64,000 bases of DNA from an uncultured Chloroflexia bacterium (lineage in GTDB: Bacteria; Chloroflexota; Chloroflexia; Thermomicrobiales; UBA6265). Positions 61,282 through 64,000 of this stretch are shown piece after piece. The stretch lies in NCBI GenBank assembly GCA_963724295.1, contig CAVRUC010000010.1, positions 32,001 through 96,000 on the forward strand, written 5' to 3'. Within the stretch, counting starts at the first letter, position 1; the number at the start of each line of letters is the position of its first letter. The notes under the pieces were generated by a model, which saw nothing but the letters and a program-made list of their open reading frames with translations, was not told where the DNA came from and searched no databases. The translations under genes were made by a program, and so were the position numbers.

Positions 61282-61947
61282 CTAGAGGTGAATCTCCGCC
61301 TGGTTCGTGCGGCACGACTCGGCGCGGACGATGGCGGCAATCTCATTCAATGCGGCTTCGAGCCGGTCCTGCTTGTTGAAGACCACGTAGTCGAAGCTGG
61401 GCGCGGAGGCTAGCTCTCGCGTGGCGGTCGCAAACCGGGTCATCAGCTCCGTCGGATCGTCGGTCTTACGATGCTTGAGCCGCTGCAGCAGCGTCGGCGC
61501 CGACTCGGGCGCCAGGAAGATTGAGACCGCGTCCGGCACGATGCGCTCGATCTCGGCGGCGCCCTGGACATCGACCTTGACGAAGACATCCTGGCCTCGC
61601 GCCAGCGCCGCGCGTACGGGACCCTTCAACACGCCGTAGAGATTGCCGTAGACGGTGGCTGACTCGAGAAACTCCCCCTCGGCGAGCCGCTCACGGAAGT
61701 CGCCCTCGCTGAGAAAAAAGTAGTGAACGCCGTCGATCTCACCAGGGCGGCGCTCCCGGGTCGTGGCCGTAACCGCGAAGAAGGCCTCCGGGAAACGTTC
61801 CCGGAGCTGCTCGATGACGGCATCCTTGCCAACCCCGGATGGCCCGGAGATGATAAAAACCCGCGGGCGGCGGAGCGCTCGCAGGTCACCGATCAGATCG
61901 TCGGCGTCCTCACCAAGATGATCGCCCGCGACCGGCTTTACGTTCAT
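61282..61947 (-). CDS. gmk: Guanylate kinase
   Basis: SGPSGVGKD, TTRERRPGEIDGVHYFF, YGNLYG, DVQGA. Confidence 0.95.
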   Translation of the reverse strand: MNVKPVAGDHLGEDADDLIGDLRALRRPRVFIISGPSGVGKDAVIEQLRERFPEAFFAVTATTRERRPGEIDGVHYFFLSEGDFRERLAEGEFLESATVYGNLYGVLKGPVRAALARGQDVFVKVDVQGAAEIERIVPDAVSIFLAPESAPTLLQRLKHRKTDDPTELMTRFATATRELASAPSFDYVVFNKQDRLEAALNEIAAIVRAESCRTNQAEIHL

Positions 61948-62092
61948 GCTCGCGACCTGGTGGTCCGGTCCCGAGTCGCTGCCGGCTCGCTCACCCGGTT
62001 CCAGCTCGACGACGGCGCTAGCTTCAGACCCGGTCTTCGTCACGCGCGTCCACTTTCCGGGCCACGGGGGCCGATTCGCGAAAGGTTGTTCT

Positions 62093-63974
62093 GTGCCCGA
62101 TCCCTACGATGTCCTCACCGTCGCGGCAATCGCCGACGAGCTGAGCGCGACCATCGGCAACGGCCGTATCCAGCGCATCGGCTTGCTCGATCCGCGCACG
62201 ATTGGCGCCGAGATCTATGCGGGCGGGCAACGTCATCACCTGATTGCCAGCGCTAACGACCGCCAGCCGCGACTTCGGCTCGCGCCTGACATGCCATCGC
62301 TGGACTCAGCTCTGGTCACCCCGTTCGGACTCCTCCTCCGCAAGCACACCCGCGGCGGGATCATCCTTGGCATCGACCAACCGCCGCTGGAACGGTTGGT
62401 GCGCCTCAGTATAGCCAAGCGTCAGGCGCCCCTCAAAACAGGGCGGAGCGCCTCGCGGCCCGATGAGACCGAGATCGAAGTTGATGAACTTGATGAACTT
62501 GATGAACTTGATGAACATCATGAATCCCGGGAGGGAGTAGCGCTGAACCATGTCGCCCTCTACATCGAGCTGATGGGGCGGCGCTCGAACCTGATCCTGG
62601 TCGACGACGGCGGGCGGATCATGGAGAGCGCCAAGCGGGTGACAGGAGCAATGAGCCGCGTGCGGCCGGTACTCCCTCGCCTGCCCTATGTTCCACCGCC
62701 GCCGCCGGATCGACTCGATCCCCGGAGCATCACTCCGGCCTCCGCCGCGCAGCTTCTCGCATCGTTATCACCGGATGCCGGGCTGGCGCGCGCACTCGTC
62801 AGCGCCTATCACGGCCTCAGTCCGATCATGGCCGATGAGATCGTGTTCCGAGCCACGGGTTCGAGCGAGACCCGTGCCGGCGATGTGAACGCGGAGAGCG
62901 CGGAGTCGCTGGCACGCAATACATTGGCGTTGCTGGAGCCGTTGCGGACAACGGCCTGGAGCCCTCACATCTATCGCGAGCGGGGGCAAGCCGATCCGGG
63001 CGAGGTTGTCGCGTGCTCCCCGATCCTGATGACCCACCTCGCCGCGGAACACGACGTCAGCCCGGTCGAGAGCATGTCGGGAGCGCTGGCGACTGGCGGA
63101 GAGCGCCGCCGACCGCCCCAGCCCGGCGCGGCACGCCCAGCGCCGGCAGCGTCTGCTGGACTCGGTGGCAGCGGCGCGTGAGAAGGCAGAACGCCGGTTG
63201 GCGGCGCTGGCGACCGAATCGACACGAGCGGCCGAGGCCGAGCGGCTCAAGACCGCGGGCGAGCTGATCTACGCTCATCTCTGGCAGATCGAACCGGGTC
63301 AGACATCGCTGGAGATCGACGGCGCATCGATTCCGCTCGATCCGGGTCTGACCGCGAACGAGAACGCCCAGAACTACTTCGAGCGCTACCGCAAGGCGCA
63401 GAGCGCGGAGACACAACTGCCGGGCCTGGTCGAGGAGAGCCGGGCGGAGATCGCCTATCTCGACCAACTGGCGACATTGATCGCACAGGCGCCGGGATTC
63501 TCCGAGCTGGAGGCTCTAGCCGCGGAGTTGGCGGAGCTAGCGCCGCCGGATCCTGCATCGCGGCCAAGAAAGTCGACCGCTCCGCGGCGGCCGCGGGCGC
63601 TCGTCGACACAAACGGGAATAGCGTCTACGTTGGCCGCAGTGGCCTCCAAAACGAGCTCGTCACCTTCGACATCGCCGGTCCGGACGACACCTGGCTGCA
63701 CGCGCGCGGCGTCGGCGGCTCACACGTGGTGATCCGCTGGCGATCCCCTGACAGCCCCGAAGCCCCTGAGACCGTCGAAGCGGCGGCCGCCCTAGCCGCC
63801 TGGTACAGCGCGGCACGAGAGAGCGGCCGCGTCGAGGTCGACGTCGCGCCACGGCGCCACGTGCGTAAGATCAAAGGCGCCCGACCCGGGATGGTCACCT
63901 ACCGCAACGAGCGGACGATCCGCGTTCAGCCCACGCCGGAAGAGCGCCTGCGCCACATCCTGTCAGACCGCTGA
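62093..63974 (+). CDS. rqcH: Ribosome quality control factor RqcH/Rqc2 (NFACT family), frameshift near 63092
   Basis: GRIQRI, LLLRKH..GG, ELMGRRSNLIL, ENAQNYFERYRK, VGRS..QN, WLHARGVGGSHV, PGMVTY. Confidence 0.9.
62481..62516 (+). repeat. In-frame 9-bp tandem repeat (TTGATGAAC)x4
   Basis: Encodes DELDELDELDE in an acidic insert of RqcH. Confidence 0.9.
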
Positions 63975-64000
63975 CTCAGAGCTGTTCGACGAATTATCCG

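Overview
64-kb GC-rich window, probably from a Thermomicrobiales-like (Chloroflexota) bacterium. This is inferred from secreted proteins with 'AQEATP' N-termini and an 'MDGQRFDAVARSL' Cys-rich Tat protein. About 11 single-base frameshifts, including in priA and rqcH, point to an indel-prone assembly rather than real pseudogenes. The most notable element is a 16-gene GntR-led operon (32569-49066) that looks like a vitamin B6 catabolic cluster. It has apparent orthologues of pyridoxamine-pyruvate aminotransferase, pyridoxal 4-dehydrogenase, 4-pyridoxolactonase, FHMPC dehydrogenase and probably HMPDC decarboxylase, plus a BMP-type ABC importer. It lacks the canonical GMC oxidases, the MHPCO ring-cleavage flavoprotein and the AAMS hydrolase. 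In their place are a molybdo-hydroxylase, a luciferase-like (LLM) oxidoreductase, an M29-fold metalloenzyme and a cupin, which suggests an undescribed pathway variant. Other content: a split urea-carboxylase-like/pxpA/biotin carboxylase cluster, an ABC importer with a TorT-like binding protein, a large Gly/Asn-repeat secreted protein with a one-repeat paralogue, an amidohydrolase-deacetylase-SIS operon converging on an ADP-ribosylglycohydrolase, several REP-like palindromes, and housekeeping genes (moaA, priA, def, gmk, rqcH). Family assignments come from motif recognition and remembered reference sequences. No database searches were run.
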